A DNA stretch of 62,704 bases, the filler included, from Chiloscyllium plagiosum (lineage: Eukaryota), in assembly GCF_004010195.1 (NCBI RefSeq). It is 3 parts of one record of this genome, joined end to end, with 100 filler letters (N's around TTAATTAATTAA, not from the genome) between each part and the next. Parts side by side here need not be neighbours in the genome. Positions count along the whole stretch, not along the records: positions 1 to 29,249 come from NC_057710.1; 2 more parts are not named here. One strand, 5' to 3'. A program made the position numbers and the translations under genes. A model generated the notes under the pieces. The model was given only the letters and a program-made list of their open reading frames with translations. It did no database searches and had not been told where the DNA came from. Within the stretch, counting starts at the first letter, position 1, and the number at the start of each line of letters is the position of its first letter. Positions 14,276 through 26,430 of this stretch are shown piece after piece.

Positions 14276-14526
14276 CTCAAACGTCAGGATTCATCTCCAC
14301 AAAGACAATGAGGTATTCACCCTCACCGGAGACCACAATTATCATGGACCAACACACATGCAACGGATAGAATTGAGTGTATGATAAGTAAATGATTTCC
14401 TCTAGTTTTATCTACCCTCCCACAAAAGACACAGACATACTCTAACAGCAATGTTCTTTCAGGCTCAGCCAACTTGACACTACAGTTCTGTTAATTGTAA
14501 CCTGACCCATTATTTGTCATTTCCAG

Positions 14527-14663
14527 GAAGTATACCTAAGCCAACTGTTTTGAGTGTTGCGATCATAGTACCAGCTTTAATAGTCCCAGTATTGGCCTAT
14601 TTCCTTGTGAAGATATTTATGAAGAAAGCCAAGATTGCAAGTGCAAGATCTCTAGCAAGTTAA
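14527..14663 (+). CDS. ADAM metalloprotease transmembrane exon (GSIPKPTVLSVAIIVPALIVPVLAYFLVKIFMKKAKIASARSLAS*); exon extends to a donor after 14683
   Basis: Acceptor ttatttgtcatttccag; phase 1 matches the previous exon; ~22-aa hydrophobic helix followed by KKAK; TAA at 14661-14663; donor aag|gtaaga at 14683/14684. Confidence 0.85.
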
Positions 14664-15120
14664 AGAAATGGTGGCTGTCCAAGGTAAGAATCAACAAGCA
14701 AAATGAGGCCTCAGCACTTTCTTTCATCTTCAGTAGAACCTGACACCGAGTTACGGGTGATCAGGTTAGAAATGTGCCTGGAATAGGCTGATAACAAAAG
14801 TAACTGCAAAGCTGTGTGAGGAATGTAAGTGGCAGGGATGATAGGTTGGGAGCAGTCCAAATCAGGAATGGGATTATGAAACAGACCAGGAGTGAGGCTA
14901 GAGACTGGACCAAGGATGAAAAGCAGTGAGAAAGGATTAGATGTGGGTGGAATTTTTAAAGTTCATTCAGGAAAGCTTTTTGTGCCAGTACATAGGTAGT
15001 CTGACTGGAGAATGGAGCAGTGCTTCAACCCAGTCCCAGGGAACGAAGCTGGGCAATGGTTGAAGTGTCAGTGGGCAAACATTTTGATGATCATGATCAT
15101 AACTCTAAGTTTGTAGTCAT

Positions 15121-15263
15121 TGTAGTGAGGTCAGACCAGCTTAACTATCCCTATCAGGGAGCCCTGGCCGACATAAAAGGGTGACTGACACAGTGCTATT
15201 GTCAAAGGCTATGTGTTTGTAAATAAAGGGCAATAGGATGCCAGCCTCTGAAGAATTATTTCA
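15121..15263 (+). mobile_element. Short solo-LTR-like remnant interrupting a CR1
   Basis: Starts TG, ends CA, internal AATAAA; CR1-like sequence on both sides. Confidence 0.4.
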
Positions 15264-16008
15264 CATTTCAAAAATCATTATGGAAAGGGATAAGGATAAT
15301 ATGTTAAGAGCAAGAAGATTACCAGGGAAAAAACAGGGCCTGTTAGAGACCAAGGGATGTGTATGAAGCCAGGGGATGTGGACAGAGTCTTAAATGAATA
15401 GTTAGTGTCTGTATTTGTAAAGGAGAAAGAAACTGGATGAGAACATAGGAGGCATGGTTCGAACATTGGTGGATGACACCAAAATTGGTGGCGTAATTGA
15501 CAGTGAAGACAGTTCACTAAGATTACAAGGGGGTCTTGATCAAAACAGGGCAGGACTTACACAGTTAATGGTAGGGCCCAGGGAAATGTTGTTGAACAGA
15601 GAGACCCAGGGGTGCAGGATCATAGTTCAGTGAAAGTGGTGTCACAGGTAGACAGGGTGGTGAAGGCAATGTTTAGCAAGCATGTCTTCATTGAGTATAG
15701 GAGTTGGGAGGCCATGTTGCAGCGATACAAGACATTGGTTTGGCCACTTTGTTAAATTGGAAAGGGTACAGAAAAATTTACAAGGATGTTGCCGGAACCG
15801 AAGAGTTAGTTATGTGGAGAGGCTGAAGAGTGATCTTATTAGAGGTTAATGAAATCATGAGGGGGATATCAAGGATCTTTCTCCCCAGGGTAGGAGAGTC
15901 ACAAACTAGAGGGTATAGGTTTAAGGTGAGGGGGAAAGATTTAAAACTGACATGAGGGGCAGCTTTTTCACAGAGGGTAGTGCACGTATAGAACAAGCTG
16001 CCAGAAAT

Positions 16009-16322
16009 GGGCGGCGTGGTGGCACAGTGGTTAGCACTGCTGCCTCACAGCACCAGAGACCCGGATTCAATTCCCACCTCAGGCGACTGACTGTGACGTT
16101 TGCACATTCTCCCTGCGTCTGCGTGGATTTCTTCCGGGTGCTCTGGTTTCCTCCCACAGTCCAAAAATGTGCAGGTTAGGTGAATTGGCCATGCTAAATT
16201 GCCCATAGTATTAGGTGAATGGGGTAAATGTAGAGGAATGGGTCTGGGTGGGTTGCGCTTCAGAGAGTTGGTGTGGACTTGTTGGGCCAAAGGGCCTGTT
16301 TCCACACTAAGTAATCTAATCT
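16009..16322 (+). mobile_element. HE1-type tRNA-derived V-SINE
   Basis: A-box GTGGCACAGTGG, B-box-like GGATTCAATTCC, V-domain tttgcacattctccc..gtctgcgtgg, CR1-like tail with (taatc)n. Confidence 0.9.
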
Positions 16323-17617
16323 CATCTTAAAAAGCGGCTGAAGCTGGTACAATTACAACATTTAAAAGACATTTGGACAGGTACATTGATAGGAAAGTTG
16401 GAGGGCAGATGGGACCAGTTCAGTTTAGGAAACCTAGTTGGCATGGAGGAGTTGGACCAAAGGGCTGGTTTCTGTGCTATATACCTCTGTGGCTCTTCAT
16501 AGCTGGAGGGTTTTGGACTGGTAAGAGTCCAGTGTGTGACAAGATTAGTTTGGAGAAATTAGGCTTTTTAGCTGGTGTAAGAGTGCATTAATCCCCAGGG
16601 CCTGGTGAGATGTACCCCAGGCTGCTATCAGAGCCAAGGGAGGAGATTGCTGGGGTTCTGGCAGAGAGATTAATATTTCACTGGCCACAGGTGAAGTACC
16701 ACGTGGTTGGATGATAGCTAATGCAGTTCCTTTGTTGAAGAAGGGCAGCAGGAACAGGCCAAGGAATTACAGAGCAGTTAGTCTAATGTCAGTGGGAGGA
16801 AAATTACTGAAAAAAAACTTCTGAGGAACTGGGTTAATTAACACATAGAAAGGCAGGGATTGATCAGGGATAGTCAGCATGGATTTATGGGTGGGAGATC
16901 CTGTCAGACGAATTTACTTGAGATTTCTGAAGAGGTGACTAAATATATTCACGAGGCTACTGCCATTTATGTGAGTTATATGCACTTGAGTAAAGCCTCT
17001 GACAAGATTCCACATTTTCAAAAATGCATTCACTTGCTGAGGGAATCGCTGGCTCATCAACATTTATTGCCCATCCCTCGCGGCCGAGAGGGCAGTAATG
17101 AGTCAACCCCATCATTGTGGTCTGAGTCACATGTAGGCCAGACGAGGTAAGGATGGCACATTCCTTCCCTCAAGGACATTAATAAACCATAAGAGTCTTA
17201 TTTCCAGATTTTTCTTGAATGCACATCTCATGATTTGCCATAGCAGGATTCAAACCTGGTTCCCTGAGATTAACAAATCCAGCAATAATACTATGAGGCC
17301 ATCGCATCCTCTTGTGGGGTGGAAAGCTGTACAAAAAAGGTAACATCCCATGGGATCCAAGACAAGTTAGCAAATTGGATCCAAAATTGGTTTCCAAATG
17401 GGGGCCAAAGGGCCTGTACTGCGCTGTATTCTTCTATGTTCTATGTTCTATGTTCTAAAAAAGGTAACATCCCATGGGATCCAAGACAAGTTAGCAAATT
17501 GGATCCAAAATTGGTTTCCAAATGGGAGGCAAAGGGTGATGGTGGAAGGTTATGTTTTTTGTGATTGGAAGCCTGTGACCAATGGGAATGTACCACAGGG
17601 ATCCGTACTGAGACCTT

Positions 17618-17797
17618 TGCAGTGTACTTCTACAACGTGCCGGGAGCGTTCTTGTGCTAGAAAATTCACGCGTTAGAAACAGCATTTCAAATTTTGGCAA
17701 TGTAATAGCATTTTAAAGGTTTGTGTTTTAGAAACAGTGTCAAACATGTTATAATGAGTTCGCATTAATGAAATGAGTGTTAACAGAATGACCTGTA
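17618..17797. mobile_element. Possible Tigger/Tc1-mariner MITE remnant
   Basis: Ends ...cagaatgacctgTA, internal cgcgtta/gttata repeats, interrupts CR1 sequence. Confidence 0.4.
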
Positions 17798-17985
17798 TTG
17801 TTACAACTTTAAAAAGCATTAGCTAGACCACAAATGGAGTACCTTGAGCAGTTCTGGTCACCACACTATCAGGAGGACATGATTGCACTGGAGAGGGTGC
17901 AGAGGAGATTGACCAGAACATTGCCTGGGATGGAACATAGAACAATACAGCACAGAACAGGCCCTTCGGCCCACGATGTTGTGTC

Positions 17986-18801
17986 NNNNNNNNNNNNNNN
18001 NNNNNNNNNNNNNNNNNNNNNNNNNNNNNNNNNNNNNNNNNNNNNNNNNNNNNNNNNNNNNNNNNNNNNNNNNNNNNNNNNNNNNNNNNNNNNNNNNNNN
18101 NNNNNNNNNNNNNNNNNNNNNNNNNNNNNNNNNNNNNNNNNNNNNNNNNNNNNNNNNNNNNNNNNNNNNNNNNNNNNNNNNNNNNNNNNNNNNNNNNNNN
18201 NNNNNNNNNNNNNNNNNNNNNNNNNNNNNNNNNNNNNNNNNNNNNNNNNNNNNNNNNNNNNNNNNNNNNNNNNNNNNNNNNNNNNNNNNNNNNNNNNNNN
18301 NNNNNNNNNNNNNNNNNNNNNNNNNNNNNNNNNNNNNNNNNNNNNNNNNNNNNNNNNNNNNNNNNNNNNNNNNNNNNNNNNNNNNNNNNNNNNNNNNNNN
18401 NNNNNNNNNNNNNNNNNNNNNNNNNNNNNNNNNNNNNNNNNNNNNNNNNNNNNNNNNNNNNNNNNNNNNNNNNNNNNNNNNNNNNNNNNNNNNNNNNNNN
18501 NNNNNNNNNNNNNNNNNNNNNNNNNNNNNNNNNNNNNNNNNNNNNNNNNNNNNNNNNNNNNNNNNNNNNNNNNNNNNNNNNNNNNNNNNNNNNNNNNNNN
18601 NNNNNNNNNNNNNNNNNNNNNNNNNNNNNNNNNNNNNNNNNNNNNNNNNNNNNNNNNNNNNNNNNNNNNNNNNNNNNNNNNNNNNNNNNNNNNNNNNNNN
18701 NNNNNNNNNNNNNNNNNNNNNNNNNNNNNNNNNNNNNNNNNNNNNNNNNNNNNNNNNNNNNNNNNNNNNNNNNNNNNNNNNNNNNNNNNNNNNNNNNNNN
18801 N
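17986..18801. other. Assembly gap (others: 26856-27355, 29250-29349, 35411-35910, 47745-47794, 49314-49769, 53704-53803, 60917-61081)
   Basis: N runs. Confidence 1.
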
Positions 18802-19355
18802 GAGGCAGCAGTGCTAACCACTGTGCCACCGTGCCGCCCCTAATCCGTGCTGGCTGTCCCTAATCAAGCAGTTTCTTTCCAGATACTCATAAATCCTATC
18901 CCTCAGTACCCTTTCCATTACTTTACCTACCACCGAAGTAAGACTTACTGGCCTGTAATTCCCGGGGTTATCCTTATTCCCTTTTTTGAACAGGGGCACA
19001 ACATTTGCCACTCTCCAGTCCCCTGGTACCACCCCCGTTGACAGTGAAGACGAAAAGATCATTGCCAACGGTACTGCAATTTCCTCTCTTGCTTCCCACA
19101 TAATCCTAGGATATATCCCGTTAGGCCAGGGGGACTTGTCTATCCTCAAGTTGTTCAAAATGTCCAACACATCTTCCTTCCTAACATGTATCTCCTCTAG
19201 GTTACCAGTCCGTTTCACACTCTCCTCTTCAACAATACGGTTCCTCTCATTCGTAAATACTGAAGAAAAGTACTCATTCAAGACCTCTCCTACCTCTTCC
19301 GACTCAATACACAGTCTCCCACTACTGTCCTTGATTGGACCTACCCTCGTTCTCG
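18802..19355 (-). mobile_element. CR1 RT fragment with the 5' end of an HE1-type SINE (18802-18839)
   Basis: ORF 18814-19281 DWRVANVVPLFKKGNKDNPGNYRPVSLTSVVGK; reverse complement of gggcggcacggtggcacagtgg. Confidence 0.9.
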
Positions 19356-20475
19356 TCTCAGGAATGAGGAAAGACTGGATTGGCTGGCTTTATTTTCCCT
19401 GGAGCAGAGGAGGCAGAGGGAGGATCTGACTGAATTAGAATTAGAATTAGAATTAGAATGAGTACGGAGAAAAATTTAAAAGTTGCCACTTATGGTGCCA
19501 CCTTCGGTATAACAGTATCTGGGTAGAGATTCTTAAGTATGAATTCTTGGGGGAAAAAAATTAGAAAATAAAGAACTGGAAAGTCCAGCATTACAAATCA
19601 TAGGAATAAATTAGAAAAGTGACAAAATAAAAAGTTCAGAAGAACAGACCTTCTGACCCAGTCAACCTGTAGTCCACACCAGGCCGTGACTCCAGACTCT
19701 GCTGGAGGCAGGGAGACCTCTCTGGAATCATTGAGGCTGAAAGGCCATGCTGAGGCCACACCAAGTCACCAAGAGTTTGAGTCCACGCTGAGACCAGGAG
19801 TTCATGGCATCGTCAAGAAGGAAAAACAAACATGAAAGAGAAAAAAAAAGAGAAACAAAATGGATGGAGTGAACAAGCTCTGGCTGGAGTCCAATTTCAT
19901 TACCATCTTGGAACTAAATTATACAAAACTATGAGGGGCATTGACAGATTAAATCATGAGAATCTCTTTCCCATGGCAGACATATCTAAAACCAGAGGTA
20001 TAAGTTTCAGGTGAGGATGAAGTGATTCAGAAAAGATCTAATGAAAAATATTCACCAAGAGGCTGGTAGAGGTATTAAACGTGCTGCCTGAGGGGATGGT
20101 GGAGGCAGGTACTATTGCAACATTTAAGAAGCATCTGGATGAACATAGACTATGGGCCTGTTAATCGTACTTTGTGCACCTCCTATGCAGCCATCACCTC
20201 ATATGCCTCGTTCTGTCTAAGCACCCTGCAATCTGTTTGTTAAGGTCTGCCCATACTGTTCACAAAACAAAGCTTTTCACTGTACTTCGGTACATGTAAC
20301 TATAATAAATCAATTCAAATCAAAACCAAGTGTAGGTTAATGGGATTAGTGTAATTTGATATTTGTTAGTCAGACATGGTGGGCTGAAGAAGGGCCTCTT
20401 TATTCTGCTGTATGACTCTATGACTTCATGACCATCAGGTGTGAGGGTGGGGACAGCATCAGGCATGAGGCTGGG

Positions 20476-20912
20476 TGTTATGGACCATACCAAACCCCAT
20501 CAAAATACACCAAGGAGAAATTATCATATTTTATTTAAAGACAAGTGTAAGGCATCATATTCCAGATATTGGGATATTTGGTCGGCATGGACAGGTTGGA
20601 CCGAAGGGTCTGTTTCCATGCTGTACATCTCTATGACTCTAAATGATTTGATTGGTCCATGATTGGGCTTTAACAAAACACACTTGTTCTTAAAATACAG
20701 GCATGACATTAACTCTATTGAAATACTTGATAAAATAATATACTATTTAACTAATAATCATCAATTGTTCCAATGTAGCAGCATCCCATAAACACACCCT
20801 TGGCAAAGGCAAATTCAACAAAACAGACAGTGCTATCTCCTCTGCAACTCAGGAGAAAGGAACACAAACAATTTAGGAGCCGAGAGGGAGAGGGAGAACA
20901 CAAGACTTCTGC

Positions 20913-20948
<36 letters not shown>

Positions 20949-21150
20949 TTCAACTCCAAAACTCCAACTGAAAGTAAAGCTAAAACCTTTGGTCGGTGTT
21001 ATCCTGACTCCACCCACTTATGCTTCTTTTATCAAATTTTACAAAAAACAGAACTCAAAGCTGATTGCCCACTGCTTCTGAAGCAGACATTCCCTCTCCA
21101 CTGTGGCAACATCTGTCTGCAAGAGAAACCGCACAGAACAAATTCCTTTC
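20476..21150. mobile_element. LTR-like repeat containing a (GA)n microsatellite (20916-20944) and a CR1 tail insert
   Basis: Starts TGTTA; (ga)n tract seen directly; LTR classification is inference. Confidence 0.35.
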
Positions 21151-22429
21151 TGACTGCGCAGGAGTAAATTACTGTAGATGCTGGAATCTATATGGAAAAC
21201 AAAAAAATGCTGGAAATCACTTCACGCAGCATCCGTGGCGAGAGAGCAAGCTAACATTTTCAGTCTAGATGACTCTTCATCAGATCTGTTGTGAAGGGGA
21301 CAGCATTTATGCAATAGTGGGGGGAGGGAGAATGGTGGAGTTCTGAGGGAGAGGCTGCTGATAGGGGTTCAGGTTAAGTGATTGGGATGTGAGAATGGCA
21401 GAACAATAGTATGTTTAACTACCAGAGTGGGACAATATGTTAATTCCGCTGTTCTGCCATTCTGAAATTCCGATCACTTAATCTGACCTATCTCCCACTC
21501 TCCCTCCCCCTCTACCCTATCCAGTTGTGCCCCCATGTTAAAATCCAAATCGTTAATGTATTAATCAAACAACTGGAATCTGAGCACTGCAAAACACCAT
21601 TTGAAACATCTTTTCCATTCATGGAAGCAGCTATTCACCATTACCCTTGTTTCCTATTACGACGCCAACTCTGAATCCAATTCGACACATGACTCTGTCC
21701 CCAATGGGCTTTTATTTTTTTCACCAGGCCACCATGTGGGACCTTGTCAAATGCCTTACTAAAACCATGTCAATAACATCCATTACGTAGGGTTGGTGTG
21801 AACCCAATGGGCTGAACAACATTTAGGGATTTATGATTCTGACATCCCGAGGAACAAGTCATCTGGCCCTAGCGACTTATCCACTTTCAAGGATTCCAAC
21901 TCCTATAACACTTCCCCAACATTATGATTATTTTGTTCAATATTTCACACTGCTCCTTTTGGCATACTATATCCATATCATCTCTTTCCTTTGGGAATAA
22001 AAAGATTATTTAAAATTTTTCCACTATCCACTGCACCTTCACACAATTTCCCTTCATCTCCAATAGGTTTCACTTCTTCCTCAGCTATCCTTTTGCTCTT
22101 TATATGCCGGTAAAATGCCTTTGGGATTCCCCTTCTCTTGCAAATTTCCTTTGATTCCATTTCTTTTCTTACTTGATCCCCACACTTTCTACATTCCTCT
22201 ACGCTACCTGCAGTGTTGAGTTTTTGTGTCTATCATAAGATTTCTTTTTCTATTTAGTCTTCTCCCGTATTTTTCTAGATAACTATGGGGGTCTAGATGT
22301 GGCAGTACCAGTCTGATTTTTGGAGGAGTCATGTCTGATTTGTACCTCAAGGATATCAGTTTTTAGTGTCTCTCACTGGTTTATCCTTTAGCAGTTCTGT
22401 CCATTCCACCTCCACTTCACTTCACTCCG

Positions 22430-22680
22430 GAACTCTATCAACAAACACATTGAGTTAGACCCCATCTACCACACCCTGAGAAAGAGAACAGGAAATGACT
22501 TCACCAACCCAAAGAAACATATAAATAGAAAGAAGGAATCATGTACAGTGCTTTGCCAGAGGCCCACTGAAGATGTTACCTAATAGGGTGGTGAAACGTC
22601 TGGAAATGAACCTCCTAGCTCAGCGAGCAAACCTATATCCAGAACCTCAACCTGACCTACAAATCTTCTCAAAACCCGCT
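22430..22680 (+). mobile_element. Penelope 3' terminus
   Basis: Same terminus sits next to Penelope ORF pieces at 26430-26550 and 44272-44400. Confidence 0.75.
22564..22603 (+). ncRNA. Minimal type I hammerhead ribozyme motif (stem II weakened)
   Basis: cca-CUGAAGA-u-guuacc..gguggu-GAAAC-GUC-ugg; stem I cca/ugg. Confidence 0.6.
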
Positions 22681-23924
22681 ATGGTAACTACTATCACTTT
22701 ACCTACTTGACCATCTTCATTACCCAAAACTAAATCCAGAATTGTGGCTGGTCATGTCTTGTTTAAAGTAAAATTCTGGATAAAGTACATGACGTTTTCA
22801 CCCTCAATGCACCTTATATTGTTTGATACACAGTTAAAGTCTCCTACTATTATTGCTCTGATATTCCTCCAGGCAAAAACATTGTTTACATATATGTTCC
22901 TCTGTGTCCCTCTCACTATTTGGGGCTCTGTAGTACACTCCTAGTGTTACTGCCCCTTTTTTTCAATAAACTCAACCATAAAGCCCCATGTCAATGTTAG
23001 AGTAATGGTGGAAAAGCATAGCATGAATGATTCATTCCTGATGAAGGGCTTTTGCCTGAAACATTGATTTTCTTGCTCCTCAGATGCTGCCTGACCTGCT
23101 GTGCTTTTCCAGCACCACTCTAATCTTGACTCTAATCTCTAGCATCTACAGTACCCACTTCCGCTATAAAACTTCATGTGGTAATCTGTTTAGCATATCA
23201 TCCCATTTCATAACTATTACTGAGTCTTTAACCAATACTGTTATCCCCACCTACTTTTTTCCATCCACTCAATGCTGCTTGAAAACTCTTATGTTCAGGG
23301 ATATTGAGCTGCCCCTCCTTTAGCCCTCCATTATAGCAACAACATCGTGCTGCCACGTATCTGTGTCCTTCGTTTATCTGCCTTGTTTGTAACATTCCTT
23401 GCATTGAAATAGAAGTGACTCAATGTCCTTTGCTGGATGCTTTTTAGATCCTCATTTCTCTTGCCTTTCCAAGTCACTGACTGCATCACTAACAAATCCT
23501 CTATTCAGCATTTAGGTCCTCATCTCTTTATTAACCTATGCCATTGGTACCTGTGTGTACCACAACCACTGGTTGTTCATTCTCCTGCTCCAAAATGTCC
23601 TTAAACTGCTCTGTGACATCCCTGACCCTAGCACCAGGGAGGCAACAAGATCCTGGATTCACTTCTACAGTTACTGAAGGACCTGTCTGTACCTCTTACT
23701 ATCAATCCCCTCTCACTATAACTTGCTACTCATTTTTCCTCTCTTCTGTGCAGAAACACCCATGGTGCCCTGAATTTAGACATTACTGCTTTCCCCTGAG
23801 AGGCCACTCCAAACCCCAGTATCCAAAGGTTGAAGAGGCATTGACTTCAGGGGACTCCTGCACTTCCTTTCTCATTCTTTTACTTTGTCTGATGGTCAAC
23901 CATTCCCCTTCTGCATGTCATGAT

Positions 23925-24142
23925 TTGGAGATGCCGGTGTTGGACTGGGGTGTTCAAAGTTAAAAATCACACAACACCAGGTTATAGTCCAACCGGTTTA
24001 ATTGGAACCACACTATCTTTCGGAGCACCGCCTGATGAAGGAGCGACGTACTGTCACCCGATGAAGGAGCAGCGCTCCAAAAGCTAGTGTGCTTCCAAAT
24101 AAGCCAGTTGGACTATGACCTGGTGTTGTGTGATTTTTAACC
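23925..24142. mobile_element. Inverted-repeat Penelope-terminus-like element with degenerate hammerhead cores
   Basis: ttaaaaatcacacaacaccaggttatagtccaac ... gttggactatgacctggtgttgtgtgatttttaa; internal ctgatgaaggagc and ggagc-agc-gctcc-aaaagcta. Confidence 0.7.
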
Positions 24143-24790
24143 TTCTGCCTGTGTAATTCTCACAAGTGGTGTGAGCACCTCATGAACACATTGCTGAGAA
24201 TCTCACAGACAATGCTGATGATCCACAGTGAGTCTACCTACAGCTCCAGCTGTTAGTCAGTGGCTGCAGCTGGACACTTCTTGCATACAGTTGTCAGGGG
24301 CACTGGAAACATCCCTTGTTTCACACTATGTGCAAAAAGAGTACACCATGGGTCCAAGATCTCATGACTTCTCTGCATTCAGTAAATTACTCCTATTTAA
24401 AGAATTTAATTAAGCTCAGGACCTTCCCTCACTTTAATCAAACATCTCTTCTGTTACTTAAAATAATATATTCTGGTTTAAAATCTATAAGGAAATACCT
24501 GCAGGTATCACTTACCAATTGGCAGTTTCCATCGAGACTATGTCACATTCTGAACTGCTCAGACTGCAAACTGGAGTCAGGCTTTCAGCTTCACCTACTC
24601 CTGTTTCCACCCACCTCCAAAACACTCTCATCAACAGCCAGCAGTATTGAGGCTGGGTCCCCTTTATAGGTCCCAAAAGCAATGATTCTGAACTGGATCA
24701 AACCAGTTTTTCAGTTAATCAGCTTCATCTGGGAATGACTCAGCCAATTCCTGTTTCGGATTTGTAATGAGAACTATGCCTTGTCAAAGA

Positions 24791-25110
24791 GAATGGGTCA
24801 GGAGTGAGGTTGGGAAATGGGTCAGGAATGAGTGTGGGAAATAGATCAGGAATGAGACTGGGAAATAGGTCCGTAATGAGACTGGGAGATGGGTCAGGAA
24901 TGAGACTGGGAATGGGTCCGGAATGAGACTGGGAATGGGTCCGTAATGAGACTGGGAAATGGGTCAGGAATGAGACTGGGAAATGGGTTCGGAATGAGAC
25001 TGGGAATGGGTCCGGAATGAGACTGGGAAATGGGTCCAGAATGAGACTGGGAATGGGTCCGGAATGAGACTGGGAATGGGTCCGGAATGACACTGGGAAA
25101 TGGGTCAGGA
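24791..25110 (+). repeat. Minisatellite, 23-24 bp unit GGAATGAGACTGGG(A)AATGGGTC(C/A), ~13 copies
   Basis: Directly visible tandem array. Confidence 0.95.
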
Positions 25111-25619
25111 CCACAGTGGTCTGTTTTACTACCACATCCAGTTGAAAATGGTGATGTACAATGAAATCACACACTGCAGGAGAAGAGTCCGTGAATGGCC
25201 TTATCCTCAACAATGGAAGAGCCAAACACGAGTGCAAAGGAAAGGCTGAAGCATTGGCAACAATCTTCAGACAGCAGTGCTGACTGGGTATTCTATCTGA
25301 GTCTCCTGTGGTGTCGTTACACATTTGATAAGGTTACATCAAAAATATCAGTCAACAACCAACTCAATTCAGTCCACATGACAAAGAGAAATAGGTGAAT
25401 GCATTGAATACTACAAAGTCTAAAGGCATTTGACAGAACTCTTGCAGTGGTACTGTTCTCTAGAACTAGCTACATCCAAACTGACCAGTTTCAGAACAAC
25501 TGCAACACTGACATCTACCCTGAAATCAGCCAATTACTGCTCCATCAATCTACTTGAATCATCAGCAAAGTGATGGAAGGGTATGAACAGGGCTCTGATT
25601 TCATGATGTCACCATATGT

Positions 25620-26430
25620 GTAGTACATAATTGAACACATTTGGAAATCCAAATCTACTGTATCTACTGGTTCACCTTTATCTATCCTGCATGACACCTC
25701 CTCAAGGAATTTGAATAAATTTGTCAGCCAGAACTGTATGCAGTATTCCAAATGTGGCCAAACCAAAGTCTTATACAGCGGTAACATGACCTGCCAACTC
25801 TTGCATTCAATACCCTGCATGCCATGCCGTATGCCATTTTGACCACTTTATTGACCTGCGTTGCCACCTTCAGGGAACTCTGTACATCAATTTTCCTTAG
25901 GGTTTTATCATTTACTATACAGTTTGTTCTTGAATTGGATCTTCCAAAATGCATCACCTCGCATTTTCCCAGATTGAACTCCATCTGCCATTTCTCTGCC
26001 CAACTCTCCAATCTATCTATATTCTGCTGCATTCTCTGACAGTCTCCTTCACTATCTGCTTCTCCACCGATCTTAGTGTCATCTGTAAACTTGCTAATAA
26101 GACCACTTGTACCTTCCTTCAGATCATTTATGTACATCACAAACAACAGTGGTCCCAGCACAGATCCCATTGGAACACCATTGATCACAGTTCTCCATTT
26201 TGAGAAACATCCTTCCCCTACTACTGTCTGTCTCCTGCTGCCAGTTCCCTATTCACCTGAACCCAGTGTGACTTCACTTTCTCCATCAGCCTACCAGGAG
26301 TAACCTTATCAAATGCCTGACTGAAGTCCATGTATATGATAGCTACAGCCCTTCCCTGCATAAAACCATGTTGCCTATCACTGATAAGCCCATTTTCTTC
26401 CAAATGGGTATATATCCTATCCCTCAATAG
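25620..26430 (-). mobile_element. CR1 RT fragment
   Basis: ORF 25724-26188 GSVLGPLLFVMYINDL..ISKFTDDTKIGG. Confidence 0.9.

Larger units (their letters stand above)
14940..17935 (+). mobile_element. Decayed CR1 fragments with nested insertions
   Basis: IRDSQHGFMGGRSCQTNLLE, SHGIQDKLANWIQNW, EYLEQFWSPHY motifs. Confidence 0.85.
21520..24420 (-). mobile_element. Old CR1 remnant (ORF1 and ORF2 pieces) interrupted by Penelope termini
   Basis: PKAFYRHIKSKR-like ORF2 piece; ORF1 esterase-like ctccctggtgctagggtcagggatgtc on the minus strand. Confidence 0.75.

Noticed and set aside
5095..14663. Assigning a specific symbol such as ADAM15 or ADAM12
   Set aside because: Motifs are shared across paralogs; needs phylogeny and synteny
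16009..16080. tRNA-like sequence with A/B boxes (also ~50604, ~55264)
   Set aside because: SINE heads continuing into V-domain and tail, not tRNA genes
17823..18863. Long ORFs here and around 26547-27479, 35270-36058, 49072-49980, 60696-61437
   Set aside because: They are open only because they run through N gaps
24589..24670. Possible Pro-rich ADAM tail exon
   Set aside because: Weak acceptor and donor, adjacent to a CR1 5' region, no clear PxxP repeats
24740..25324. 194-aa Pro-rich ORF
   Set aside because: Translation of the 23/24-bp minisatellite; unit lengths shift the frame
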